A stretch of DNA of 64,000 nt from Eledone cirrhosa (GCA_964016885.1 OZ024744.1:111786001-111850000); one strand, 5' to 3'; numbered from the stretch's first letter, positions 26,580-39,993 are shown. The notes: generated by a model not told the origin, from the sequence alone. A program made the numbers and translations.

Positions 26580-28876
26580 TGGACTGGTCCATTTAGGGTC
26601 ACTAAGGTAATGACGACAACAGGACTGGTCCATTGAGGGTCACTAAGGTAATGACAACAGGACTGGTCCATTTAGGGTCACTAAGGTAATGACAACAGGA
26701 CTGGTCCATTGAGGGTCACTAAGGTAATGACAACAGGACTGGTCCATTGAGGGTCACTAAGGTAATGACAACAGGACTGGTCCATTTAGGGTCACTAAGG
26801 TAATGACAACAGGACTGGTCCATTGAGGGTCACTAAGGTATTGACAACAGGACTGGTCCATTTAGGGTCACTAAGGTAATGACAACAGGACTGGTCCATT
26901 GAGGGTCACTAAGGTAATGACAACAGGACTGGTCCATTTAGGGTCACTAAGGTAATGACAACAGGACTGGTCCATTTAGGGTCACTAAGGTAATGACAAC
27001 AGGACTGGTCCATTTAGGGTCACTAAGGTAATGACAACAGGACTGGTCCATTGAGGGTCACTAAGGTAATGACAACAGGACTGGTCCATTTAGGGTCACT
27101 AAGGTAATGACGACAACAGGACTGGTTCATTGAGGGTCACTAAGGTAATGACACCAACAGGACTGGTCCATTTAGGGTCACTAAGGTAATGACGACAACA
27201 GGACTGGTCCATTGAGGGTCACTAAGGTAATGACAACAGGACTGGTCCATTGAGGGTCACTAAGGTAATGACAACAGGACTGGACCATTGAGGGTCACTA
27301 AGGTAATGACAACAGGACTGGTCCATTGAGGGTCACTAAGGTAATGACAACAGGACTGGTCCATTGAGGGTCACTAAGGTAAATTACACCAGGACTGGTC
27401 TATTGAGGGTCACTAAGGTATTGACACAGGACTGCTCCATTGAGGGTCACTAAGGTAATGACGACAACAGGACTGGTCCATTGAGGGTCACTAAGGTATT
27501 GACAACAGGACTGGTGCATTGAGGGTCACTAAGGTAATGACGACAACAGGACTGGTCCATTGAGGGTCACTAAGGTAATGACGACAACAGGACTGGTCCA
27601 TTGAGCGTCACTAAGGTAATGAAAACAACAGGACTGGTCCATTGAGGGTCACTAAGGTAATGACGACAACAGGACTGGTCCATTGAGGGTCACTAAGGTA
27701 ATGAAAACAACAGGACTGGTCCAATGAGGGTCACTAAGGTAATGACAACAGGACTGGTCTATTGAGGGTCACTAAGGTAATGAAAACAACAGGACTGGTC
27801 CATTGAGGGTCACTAAGGTAATGACAACAAGACTGGTCCATTTAGGGTCACTAAGGTAAATTACACCAGGACTGGTCTATTGAGGGTCACTAAGGTAATG
27901 ACAACAGGACTGGTCCATTTAGGGTCACTAAGGTAAATTACACCAGGACTGGTCTATTGAGGGTCACTAAGGTATTGACAACAGGACTGCTCCATTGAGG
28001 GTCACTAAGGTAATGAAAACAACAGGACTGGTCTATTGAGGGTCACTAAGGCAATGACAACAACAGGACTGATCCATTGAGGGTCACTAAGGTAATGAAA
28101 ACAACAGGACTGGTCCATTGAGGCTCACTAAGGTAATGACAACAACAGGACTGATCCATTGAGGGTCACTAAGGTAATGACAACAGGACTGGTCCATTGA
28201 GGGTCACTAAGGTAATGACAACAACAGGACTGGTTCATTGAGGGTCACTAAGGTAATGACAACAGGACTGGTCTATTGAGGGTCACTAAGGTAATAACAG
28301 GACTGGTCCATTTAGGGTCACTAAGGTAATGACAACAGGACTGGTCTATTGAGGGTCACTAAGGTAATGACAACAGGACTGGTCCATTTAGGGTCACTAG
28401 GGTAATGACAACAACAGGACTGGTCCATTTAGGGTCACTAGGGTAATGACAACAACAGGACTGGTCCATTTAAAGTCACTAAGGTAATGACAGCAGGACT
28501 GGTCCATTGAGGGTCACTAAGGTAATGACAACAACAGGACTGGTCCATTTAAAGTCACTAAGGTAATGACAACAGGACTGGTCCATTGAAGGTCACTAAG
28601 GTAATAACAGGGCTGGTCCATTGAGCGTCACTAGGGTAATGACAACAACAGGACTGGTCCATTGAGGGTCACTAAGGTAATAACAGGACTGGTCCATTGA
28701 GCGTCACTAGGGTAATGACAACAACAGGACTGGTCCATTGAGGGTCACTAAGGTAATGACAGCAGGACTGGTCCATTGAGGGTCACTAAGGTAATGACAA
28801 CAACAGGACTGGTCCATTTAAGGTCACTAAGGTAATAACAGGACTGGTCTATTGAGGGTCACTAGGGTAATGACAA
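26580..28876. repeat. Minisatellite, 38-bp unit (35 and 41 bp variants), about 59 copies
   Basis: Unit acaggactggtccattgagggtcactaaggtaatgaca. Confidence 0.97.
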
Positions 28877-29226
28877 CAGTAGTAGTAGTAGTAGTAGTAG
28901 TGTTAGTAGCAGTAGCGGTGATGGTGGTGGTAGTAGTAGTGGTGGTGGTGGTGGTGGTAGTAATGGTGGTGGTGGTGGTAGTAATAGTGGTGGTGGTGGT
29001 GGTAGTAGAAGTAGTAGTGGTGATGGTAGTAGTAGTAGTAGTGGTGATGGTGGTGGTAGTAGTAGTAGTAGTGGTAATGGTGGTGGTAGTAGTAGTGGTG
29101 ATGGTAGTGGAAGTAGTAGTGGTTGTGGTAGTAGTAGTGGTGGTGGTAGTGGTAGTAGTGGTAGTAGTGGTAGTAGTGGTGGTGGTATTAGTAGTAGTGA
29201 TAGTTGTAGTAGTAGTAGTAGTAGTG

Positions 29227-29286
<60 letters not shown>

Positions 29287-29301
29287 ATAGTGGTGGTGCT
29301 G

Positions 29302-29365
<64 letters not shown>

Positions 29366-29809
29366 TAGTCATTATGAGAAGGATAAGACATTGAAAGACA
29401 GGACATGAAAAGAAGAAGAAGAAGAAGAAGAAGAAGAGGAGGGCGGGGCGGGAATGGAATGTTTAAAAGTAAAACTAAAATAAATAAATAAAAAGTGGTT
29501 GGAAAGGGAGGGGGGAGTGTAAAGAGAAGAGAATCAAATTATACAGGTTTCCTAGCTAGTGCTGATGGTGGCGGTGGTGATGACGTGGTGGTGGTGGTGT
29601 TGCGGTGGTGGTGGTGTTGCGGTGGGGTGGGGTACAAGGTATTGATGGTGGTGGTGTTGTGGTGGGGTGGGGTACAAGGTGGTGGTGGTGGTGTGGTGGT
29701 GTTGTGGTGGGGGTACTGAGTGAAAAAGTAAAAATGTGATGGATAGATTGACATTAGACCTGCGCGTATGTATCTGTAGTGAATGACGTTGAGAATGTAT
29801 ATATACATA

Positions 29810-29930
29810 TGTGGCTGAGTGGTTAGAGAATTGGATTTACAATCTTGAGGTTGTGAGTTCGATTCGTGGACCGGGCGGGGCGATGCGTTATGTCCTTGAG
29901 CAAGACACTTTATTCCACGTTGCTCCTTCT
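29810..29930 (+). mobile_element. Diverged CORE-type SINE head
   Basis: tggctgagtggttagag...gagttcgattc...ccttgagcaagacactttattccacgttgctcc. Confidence 0.7.
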
Positions 29931-30025
29931 ACCTGGAGTTGCGACCGATAGATAGTATTAGCAACTGGAAAGACCGATTAAAACATTGTTTCCTCGGTCC
30001 GATTTGACGAAAGTCGATCGATCCT

Positions 30026-30056
<31 letters not shown>

Positions 30057-30068
30057 GTATATGTATAT

Positions 30069-30222
30069 ATATTTATTAAAATAACAGATTAAAGTTTAAG
30101 CAAAGAATCGCTGCTTTCACCCTTAACGGGATCTTCTGAAACTAAGTAGTGTTTCAGAAGATCCCGTTAAGGGTGAAAGCAGCGATTCTTTGCTTAAACT
30201 TTAATGTTATTTTAATAAATAT
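30069..30222. repeat. About 72-bp-arm palindrome with 8-nt loop
   Basis: gatcttctgaaac-taagtagt-gtttcagaagatc centre. Confidence 0.9.
30151..30199 (+). ncRNA. Hammerhead-like motif with CAGAAGA core variant (five copies in window)
   Basis: gttt-CAGAAGA-t-ccc-gttaa-ggg-t-GAAAG-ca-gcgattctt-tg-CTT-aaac. Minus-strand copies at about 30094-30142, 32308-32358, 32775-32825 and 33309-33359. Confidence 0.55.
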
Positions 30223-30305
30223 TTGCTCTACGGTTCTTATATATTTGATATATATTTATCCTTATCGAGCCCTCTTTGGATTTTAGTCTTCAAATTTATT
30301 ATTAT

Positions 30306-30425
<120 letters not shown>

Positions 30426-30461
30426 ATATATATATACATATATACATACATATATATATAC

Positions 30462-30517
<56 letters not shown>

Positions 30518-30647
30518 GTATATTTATTATCCTTATTGAGCCCTCTTTGGATTTTAGTCTTCAAATTTATTATTATTACTATATATATATGTATATATAT
30601 ATATACATATATACATACATATATATAAAGACATGCACACGCGCACG

Positions 30648-30685
<38 letters not shown>

Positions 30686-31600
30686 CTAGCAGAATGGCCC
30701 GGCGCTGCTCGGGCTTCTAAACAGAGATTGGCATGTTTATCCCTCCTTTCTGAAACAGTACAGAGAAGTACGGAATACCTCGGCCTGGGGATGATGTCTA
30801 CATTCTGTGCTTAGGCAAATAATTTTCCATTAAGATTTTTCAAAAGCATGTAATTGTGTTCCCTCTCTTTTTTGTTGTTGTTTTTGCTGCTGTTGGTGTG
30901 ATAGCAGCCGTTGGTCGTACTACTAACACAGTCTCGTCCTTCTTCAGCCAATCGTGTATATCCCCTTCTGCCTCGTCTACCTAAACAATGATTGTAGCAC
31001 CTCCTTTTTCCCTTTTGTTCCTTGTTCTTCCGTGTCGTGCATATGCAAAGAGATTTGTCTTGCTTCCCACTCTTGAGCAACCAACGTATAGTTGCGCATG
31101 TGAAAAACATGACTCTTCCAAAAGAAGACCAGCAACAGCTAGGGTCTGACCCTGGGGTTTGTTGATAGACATTGTAAAGCTGACACGCTTCGGCGAATGG
31201 TTCGTTGGTCGTCTGTTTCAAGTGCTCTTCTGGTGGCAGTGCGTTCAGCATCTTGTGAATAGCAGATTCCACTGACGATTCGTTTGCCCGCCTTGTTCTT
31301 TTTCTTGTCGCTTTCGCAGTATTTCGGCCAATGGAGTATCTCTTCCTTCGAGACATGACCTAAAAGCAGGACGAAGTACACTAAGACTAACTGGTAGAGT
31401 AAGGAGTAAACTCGTCAGTGATGCAAGTGATTTAGAAACCGTTGACTATGTAATTGCTGGCCTTGTGCCAAAAGTAGTGGGACTTTTTGGGTGGCATATC
31501 GGCAGTAACAATGACGATAAGCCGTCTGTGCTTTCGTGAAATAAATAAGTTTGTTTATATTTTGCTTTTGTGTATGCAAAAATATCTGTACACGAATATA
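30686..31600 (-). mobile_element. Internally deleted Helitron
   Basis: 3' end has the gcccgagcagcgccgggc hairpin followed by CTAG|T. Contains PIF1 helicase C-terminal motifs (MSINKPQGQTL..FSHAQLYVGCSRV) and a basic RepHel-like N-terminus (MSRRKRYSIGRNTAKA). The 5' end is uncertain. Confidence 0.8.
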
Positions 31601-31616
31601 TAATTATATATATACA

Positions 31617-33280
31617 CTAGCAGTGTATCCCGGCGTTGCACGAGTAAGAACATTGATAATAGCACCTCCAATGAGAAACGTTTATTTGTGAGTGCCTGTT
31701 AAAAACACACGAAAATATACCGACAGGAAACTTGTTTTATTTGGAGAAAATTAAGAAGTTGAAACTACAGTTTAGTTGTCTACGTGCATTGTTCATAGAA
31801 ATATTGTTGAGCCCCTTCTTTTCATACACCTCTGTTTTGGCCTTTTGGAGTAAATGTGAAAGAGAAAGTCATAGCAGTAAGGCGTAGGCTACATTACCTC
31901 AAAAGTTCATTCGCACTCTTTCCACTAAGTTACTCTTTCTCTCTATCCTTCTCGGTGCAGTGCCTTGCGAATTTCTCACGTAGGCCTGGTGTAGATTTGC
32001 ACCCGATCCATCTGCTCGATGCACATGTCCGCTTTGTACGGCTTTTGGAGGAAGGAGTGACCAGCAGTACATTGTTCGATATAATTACGAAAAGGTGTAG
32101 CAAAGAATCCCGCGTAAACTACCATTCGGAAGGAAACTGCTCACCTCGAAGATTCATTCGCCATCGTTCTTATCAACGCTCCGTTTAGTTGGTATTTGTT
32201 GGTCTACAGTTAGATGAATGGCGCACAAAGGGTTAATGTTTATTGGCAAGAAGTGGCAACTGGGCTGGCTTGCCTTGCTTATATTATACATTAAAATAAC
32301 AGATTAAAGTTTAAGCAAAGAATCGCTGCTTTCACCCTTAACGGGATCTTCTGAAACTAAAAAAATCGATCTGTGAACGGAGAAGTAAATATTTCGAAAA
32401 ACGTTGCAACCGAAGGAAAACAGGAAGACTATACTTTGGTTCGTGAAGACGTTCCCTGGCAATGAACGGAAAATAGCGAACATAATACGTCATCAATATT
32501 TGTCATAATGTCGTAATGCAGTCAGCCAGACATACAGACAGATATTATAAGGGCGCAACGGAGATCGATAACCGGCGCCTAACACCCCTTTAACAACAGA
32601 AAATTGGAAAATAAAAGCTGCAGTTAATATCTTTAGACCGCAAGGAATATATAAATGCAAGTTTGAAGTCAATCGGAGTAGAAATGTGGATTTGTATAGA
32701 CTTTGCAAAAATGAGGACACACACACAGACAACTACAGTTTTATATATATGTATAGGTTAAAATAACAGATTAAAGTTTACGCAAAGAATCGCTGCTTTC
32801 ACCCTTAACGGGATCTTCTGAAACTAAAAAAATCAATCTGTGAACGCAGAAGTATATATTTCGAAAAACGTTGCAACCGAAGGAAAACAGGAAGATGATA
32901 CTTTGGTTCATGAAGACATTCCCTGGCAATGAACGGAAAATAGCGAACATAATACGTCAGCAATGAGAACAATTTTTGTCATAATGTCGAAATGCAGACA
33001 GTCAGTCATACAGATTGATATTATAAGGGCGCGACGTTATAGCTATGTATATATCTAAAAAGACAGACTAAGAAAGAGAGAGAGATCGATAACTGGCGCC
33101 TAACACCCCTTTAACAACAGAAAATTGAAAAATAAAAGCTGCAGTTAATATTTTTAGACCGCAGGGAATATATAAATGTAAGTTTGAAGTCAATCGGAGT
33201 AGAAATGTGGATTTGTATAGACTTTGCAAAAATTAGGACACACACACACAGACAATTTCAGTTTTATATATATGTATAGA
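31617..33280 (-). mobile_element. Non-autonomous composite Helitron with duplicated 5' region
   Basis: 5' A|TCTATACATATATATAAAA at 33280; 3' hairpin actcgtgcaacgccgggat plus CTAG|T at 31617. 32291-32756 and 32758-33280 are tandem copies. Confidence 0.7.
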
Positions 33281-33849
33281 TATATTAATTATTAAAATAA
33301 CAGATTAAAGTTTAAGCAAAGAATAGCTGCTCTCATCTTTAACGGGATCTTCTGAAACTAAAAAATCAATCTGTGAATGCAGAAGTAAATGTTTTGAAAA
33401 ACGTTGCAACTGAAGGAAAACAGGAAGACGATACTTTGGTTCGTGAAGACGTTCCCTGGCATTTGACAATGAACGGGAAAAAGTGAAGATAATACGTTGT
33501 TATGTGGAGCAATGAGAACAATTACACGCAAAGACAAAACCACGTTTATGGTATAAATGGAGTTGTAGACTAATATTCTATTTAGGAAACCGAATGATTC
33601 TTGGCTTCGGAGTTAAGAATAATGTAAATAAATTAGTTGAACGAAAATGACATATAAAAAATATAAGAACCCTAGAGCAAATATTTATAAACGTGGTTTT
33701 GTCTTTGCGTGTATTTGTTCTCATCGCTCCACATAATGACGTATTATCTTCGCTTTTTTCCATCTTAGTGTGAAGTTTGGGTTTGAAATAAATCTATTGA
33801 CATCAGTCCTGGAACTTTTCTGACCCACCTCGTATATATATATATATAT

Positions 33850-34310
33850 CATCATTATCATCATCATCATTTTATGTCCACTTTTCCCTGCTTGCGAGGG
33901 TGGGATAGGTTCTAATCAGCACAGGATCTCTCCTTTCGTCACGGTCCTTCGTCATCTCCTCTGTGAGCTTCAGCGATCTGAGCTCAGCTCTCACTATGTT
34001 CGCCCATGTTTTTCATGGTCTTCCTCTACTGCGTCTTCCTTCTACTGGCATTTCTTGGCACTTCTTTATCCAGTGGTCATCCTCCATGTGCATCACATGT
34101 CCATACCAATGCAGTCTTCTCTCCCGCACACTACAGCTTATCCCTCTTATACACAGTTTCTCTCTCAACTCGTCTATGTTTGGTCATTCACGCACATTGA
34201 CATTGCACATCCAACGGAGCACGCTTGCTTCATTTCTCTCCAGCTGTCGCATATCCTCTGCAGTTGCTGCCCATGTCTCATTACCATGCAGCATTGCGCA
34301 TCTCACGACG
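33850..34310 (-). mobile_element. RTE LINE 3' fragment, third subfamily
   Basis: MLHGNETW, RRLHWYGHV and GRPxKTW remnants with a (GAT)n tail. Confidence 0.75.
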
Positions 34311-34616
34311 GTCCAGCGGCCTTACCACTTTTCATTTCCTTAATTGCTTCTTGGACCCTAGATTCGCCAATCAGAGCAGACATGTAGTGGGCAGAGGCTC
34401 CGTAAGCTGGAGTGTAAGCAACCCATGTAGGAGAGCTACAACTCCGAATAAATTGGTGCGGGGTAGAGGAACCCCCTAAGTCCAGTAAGACGACTTCCCT
34501 AGTGCTAGTGGCATGAATAAAAGCACCTAGTCCATGCTGTAAAGTGGTGTTGGTGTTAGGAAGGGCATCCAACCAGTGTATTAATGCCAAAACAATTATG
34601 AGCACAACAGAAAATA

Positions 34617-35851
34617 ATGAGAAACCTAAAAACTCTGACAACCCTTTACAGAGAAGGACTTACCGACAAGGAATACAACTATATCACTGACTTCAAAAGC
34701 AAACCCAGCCTTTTCTATAGTATCTCTAAGATACACAAAAGTGAAAAAACAAGTAAAACATGCAAGGAAGCTACAGACATATTCATCAATGTCCCCTCAC
34801 CCAATGACCTCAAATTAAGACCCATAATAACAGGTCCTGCTTGCGAAACCCACCGCCTCAGCAACTTCCTTTGTATCCTGTTAAAACCATTCCTGAAACA
34901 CATTAAAAGCTACATAAGGGACGACCTCAATATGCTCAACCACGTCCCCAAAACACTTAATAATGAACATACCCTACTAGTGTCTTTTGATGTAATCAAC
35001 CTTTATTCCAATATCCCACACAACCTAGGAATAGATTCCAAACAGTATCTTCTTTTCAACTCATGCCATCCTAGACACACCAAAATGAGCATTCCTTACA
35101 ACCTAGCCAAAAGGATCTGCACAATAGAATCTGATAGATACACATGCTACATATGAATAGAAGAATTAAAGGACACACTCATTAAATTACCCACCATCCC
35201 TAATCAACAATGGATTCCAACATGCACTAAAACTCAACATCCACGAACTTCGACATCCCAAACCAAAGAATGAATCGAAACTGAAAGCTCTGCCATACAC
35301 CTCCATACATAACCCCCTTAACAATGAGGCAATCGACACCATCCTCCAGAAAAATCAATAGAAAACATCCTTACACAGGCCAAATTCCAGCCAACCCTCA
35401 CAATGAATCCTACAGTAAAAAAAAATGCAGAAGACCCAACTGTGGTATATGTGTCAACCTAATAGAGGGATTGGAGTTCCACTTCAAACAAGGACACCAC
35501 TTTATAGTTAAATACAATTTCACACGCGCATCACAAAACCTGATATATGTGTTGACTTGCTCAGGTTGTCGAGAGCACTACATAAGACAGACTAAAAACA
35601 GTCTTCGCCAACGTATGACCGTCCATAGATCCCAAATTAAAATACAGGAATACAGAAAGGTAGCACAGAGTGAACACATTGCGACCTGCGCATCTAATGA
35701 ACAACCCAATTCCAGAATTTTACCCATCTACAAATTTAAAAACAACGCTTCCTACATCCAGCGAATTAGCAAAGAATTAGCAAGAACCCCTTCTAAATGC
35801 ATCCACTTCAGACTGAACTACAGCTGGCACACTTTAAAATTAACACCCTAG
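34617..35851 (+). mobile_element. Degraded Penelope-like element (Neptune-type): reverse transcriptase plus GIY-YIG endonuclease
   Basis: FYSISKIHK, LRPII, LVSFDVINLYSNIP, then directly YLLFNSCHP (catalytic palm deleted). Downstream CRRPNCGIC linker and NLIYVLTCSGCREHYIRQT...LRQRMTVH. A decayed hammerhead (ttgaaaa-agca-cataa-tgct-GAAACCGGTA) lies at 36793-36822. Confidence 0.9.
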
Positions 35852-36947
35852 ACAAATTAACCTTTTGGAAATGTATCCTTCTCCAAGATTCCAGCAACTT
35901 CTGACAACTATATAATGCAAATCAAGCAACCACATAGAAACACTTAAATCAGCTAGTCCTTGAGGACTTTCATGAAGAAAATCAGATAAATAGAAGTATT
36001 AATGTGTCAAACTAAATGCTTTACAATATGTATGGCCCGGTACGTTTTAGATTCAAATCCCACCAATGTCATCCTTCTTTTTCATCCTTCATGGGCCCAC
36101 AATGTGGTTGGTAAAAGCTTTCCCGTAATAGAATTGATGAAATCCCTTTTCTCCATTTCCCTGAATCTGTGAGTTTGTGCTGAAGATAGAATTAGTATTT
36201 TAATAATTCTGAATCTTTTTCATGGCAAAATTATAAAATCTATGTTGACTATGTCTGAGATAAAACAATTTAAGACAGGAACACCAAGATAGATATTTTT
36301 AGAAACAATTACTTCCAGGTCAACTCTAAGGTCATTCAACCATCCAAGCCAATCCCACGTCCAGCTTGCCTTTTAAGCCATTATTGAAAGTGACTATACG
36401 AGGTTGACTTTGCCTTTCATCCTTACGGGGGTCGATAAAATAAAGTACCAGTTATGCATTGGGTAATTGCTGGCCTTGTGCCTAAAGTAGAAACAATTAT
36501 TGAAAGTGACTATCACCACAACAGATTGCTACCACACCTATCCCCTGTTTTCTTCTTCTTCTCCTCCCACCCACTTCTCCCTCCCCTCCCACAGTCGGAA
36601 CCAGCAGTCAGAACCAAAAAATTAAAACTACTGCTACTTCTGTTACCCAACTAACAGAGAACAAAGAATAGCCTCCAACAAAAACATGAACTTTCCTCTC
36701 TAAATATCTATGTAAAAACTAATAATTTTTCTTCCCCATTTTATTATTATTCGAATAAATATGCAATTTAACTGCATTTTGCACATCTGCCATTGAAAAA
36801 GCACATAATGCTGAAACCGGTACCCCTATTAAATGTAGAAATACCTACTTTATAAATAAATGTTTTGATATTATCCTGAAAAAAAATCACTCCAGCATTT
36901 TCTACTGAATTTTTTCCTTTTTACTATTTGTTTATATATATATACAG

Positions 36948-36985
<38 letters not shown>

Positions 36986-36989
<4 letters not shown>

Positions 36990-37079
36990 AACGAGTAGGA
37001 CGGCTAATTCTGGACTCAAAGTCCAGAATTAGCCGTCAAAACGGCTTGAGCTCAGCCGTCGTGGTCCTACTCGTTCTTA
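36986..37079 (+). ncRNA. Hammerhead remnant lacking the CUGANGA box
   Basis: 16-bp outer stem taagaacgagtaggac/gtcctactcgttctta, an 18-bp hairpin in the stem II position, then AAAAC-ggc-ttgagctca-gcc-GTC. A second partial copy at about 37450-37505 retains GAAAC. Confidence 0.5.
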
Positions 37080-37156
37080 TTACCCACTCTACTACCCTAA
37101 GTATTGAGTACTTTGGTGCGTTATGGTCCACCTGGTTCCTTACCACATTTCCTCCG

Positions 37157-37222
<66 letters not shown>

Positions 37223-37308
37223 TATATATATATATATAATGGAAAAATTTGAACAGGGACAAAACAGAGAGGCAGTACAACGAATGTTTATTAATTTCAC
37301 GCTCCTTC

Positions 37309-37370
<62 letters not shown>

Positions 37371-37506
37371 GAAGGAAATGCGGTAAGGAACCAGATGGGC
37401 CATAACGCACCAAAGTACTCAATACTTAGGGTAGTAGAGTGGGTAATTAGTCCAGAATTAGCCGTCGAAACGGCTTGAGCTCAGCCGTCGGGGTCCTACT
37501 TGTTCC

Positions 37507-37545
<39 letters not shown>

Positions 37546-37651
37546 ATTTATATATATATATATAAGTATTGAAGTTTCCATTGAAAAATGAAAAAGTCAG
37601 AGGAATGAAGAGTGCTCTATGTAAGTTACAGAGCTAAATATTTAATGTAAA

Positions 37652-37687
<36 letters not shown>

Positions 37688-37744
37688 CGAGAAAACCATA
37701 TATTCTCACCTGTTTTCAAAGTCCAGCAGTTGCAAGACTGGGAG

Positions 37745-37797
37745 GGACCATGCTGATTAGAACTAGTTCAGTTCGAAATGCGCATCCACGATTGTCC
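37745..37797 (+). ncRNA. Degenerate hammerhead (CTGATTA core variant)
   Basis: atg-CTGATTA-gaact-agttc-agttc-GAAAT-gcgc-ATC-cacg. The flanks gtccagcag...ctgctggac extend the pairing. Confidence 0.6.
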
Positions 37798-38029
37798 CCC
37801 TTGCTTCTGCTGGACACTGTCAGATGGCATTAGTCGCTGGTGTTTTGATATAGCTATGGCTCTCTAAATGTTTATTTTAAACATACCGTATTTCTTCTGA
37901 AATACGAAATTCCAATACATATATAAATTAATTTTAGGTTTAATCAATACATATAGAATATTTTCCAATAAAGATTTTCAGTAAAAAGTTCAATAAACCT
38001 GTCTAGAGCATCTATAATATATATTTATC

Positions 38030-38490
38030 CCACTCCCCCCACCCCATCCACACCACCCCCTAAAATGTGAAGTTATGTTGGTACCACAATATCCAGTCCA
38101 AAACAAATGAGGTCGTGTATGTGTCACGACAAAAAAACACACAGTTCACATTGTAATGTGGACATGTAGGTAACACGGTAAAAACCTCCCAGTACACACT
38201 GTAAATGTGGTTGGTGTTGGGAAGGGCACCCAGCCGTAGAAAACCCGCCAGACGTGTAGGTGTCACGACAAAAAAACACACAGTCCACGCTGTAATGTGG
38301 CCGTGTAGGTAACACGGTAAAAACCTCTCGGTCCACACTGTAAACGTGGTTGTTATTAGGAAGGGCACCCAACCGTAGAAAACCCGCCAGACAGTCCTGA
38401 GCAAGACAACCAATCTTGCCACAAGTGGACAATTCCCGTCCAGACCCATGCTAGCGTGGAAAATGGACGTTAAACGATGATGATGATGAT
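38030..38490 (+). mobile_element. RTE 3' UTR copy with internal tandem duplication
   Basis: About 140-bp block duplicated; (GAT)n tail. Confidence 0.8.
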
Positions 38491-38805
38491 ATATACATGG
38501 ATATATCAATTGAGAAACAATCTAGTATTTTATACATATATGTATATATATAGAGAGAGAGCAAATGATACGTAGATTTAAATACCATTTTAAAATTATA
38601 CATTTAGATGTTAGAATAGTGCTGTACTTACATGAAGATTATACTGTACTTAGATGGCCGTACTTTGAGAGTACAGCAATATTAAATTTGTATTAAAGAG
38701 TATGTTTTAAATTGTATTTAAATCAACATAATATTTACTCTCTTTCTCTCTATATGTACAAAATATTAGTTTGTTTCTCAATTGATATATCCACGTATAT
38801 ATCAT
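38488..38805. repeat. Diverged long inverted repeat
   Basis: ggatatatcaattgagaaacaa / ttgtttctcaattgatatatcc outer arms; tgctgtact / agtacagca inner arms. Confidence 0.75.
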
Positions 38806-39050
38806 TTACAAATATATTATATTATATATATAAACAAGAAGTGTAAGTCAACAGGTTAAAATTATATATATATATATACACTATAGTACAAGTTTGGTAG
38901 AAATATCAAATGGTAAGAGCACTTAGTCCATAAGATGAGTTAAGTATGATTAGTTCCAACAGTGATATATACAGTTAAGTTTTGTTGGGTGATATATCCC
39001 AACTCAATCAGCTTGTTATATAAAATAAATAAAAAAGGTTATTTTATATA

Positions 39051-39100
39051 ACAGGCTGATTGAGGTGGGTTGTACAACCCAACAAAACTTAAGTACCTGT
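39051..39100 (+). ncRNA. Degenerate hammerhead (CTGATTGA / AAAAC variant)
   Basis: acagg-CTGATTGA-ggtgggttgtacaacccaac-AAAAC-ttaa-GTA-cctgt. Stem I 5 bp, palindromic stem III ACTTAAGT; a mirror copy lies at about 38965-39017. Confidence 0.6.
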
Positions 39101-39249
39101 ATAACTATACACTATTGTAACTAATCACATATATATATTCCTGATATTTCAAGCATTAAACTAATATATTCCTTCCATGTACTGTGTCGTTATTTTTGTT
39201 ATTTCTGTTTACCTTTTACATACACACACACACACACATATATATAAAA

Positions 39250-39926
39250 GATGTAGTGGGATCACAGGCAAGCTAAGAGGGATCAGATGCTGTTTACTCG
39301 AGTGAAGACTACGTTGGTATGGTCACGTGATGCCCATGAAAGATGACAGCTGTATAAAAAAGTGCAGGATGATCAAAATTGATGGAAGTTACGGAGTAGG
39401 TAGACCCAGAAAAACCTGGGACGATTTGATAAATTCCGACCTTACACACTTACATCTCTCTAAGACAATGTCACTGGACCGAGATCTTTGACGCTATGCA
39501 ATAATACAGAAGACCTGCCTTCCCTTACATAGGAAGTTAAACCTACAGTCAGTAGGCACTTCCTAACCAAATATATACCCCATCCCACTACCCTTACTCC
39601 ATCCTCCCACTCCCACCTACACCACCCTGTCTCTGTAAAGTTATGTTGATACCACAGAATATCCAGTCCTAACTAATGAGGTCATCTAGGTATCACGACA
39701 AAAAAACACACAGTCCACGCTGTAATCTGACCGTGTAGGTAACATGGTAAAAAGCTCCCACTCCCCACACTATAAATGTGGTTGGTGTTAGGAAGGGCAT
39801 CCAGCCATAGAAAACCTGCCAGATAGTCCTATACGAGCGAGACACGGTCACCTGACCAATCTTGCCTCAAGTGGCACAATTTCCGTCTAACCCTTGCTAG
39901 CGTGGAAGATAGACATTAAACGATGA

Positions 39927-39930
<4 letters not shown>
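39250..39930 (+). mobile_element. RTE-clade LINE 3' fragment
   Basis: [16 protein letters not shown] coding remnant, 3' UTR and gatgatgat tail. Confidence 0.85.

Positions 39931-39993
<63 letters not shown>

Noticed and set aside
26580-28876. 38-bp array as a CRISPR locus
   Set aside because: Units are head-to-tail with no unique spacers, there are no cas genes, and the context is eukaryotic.
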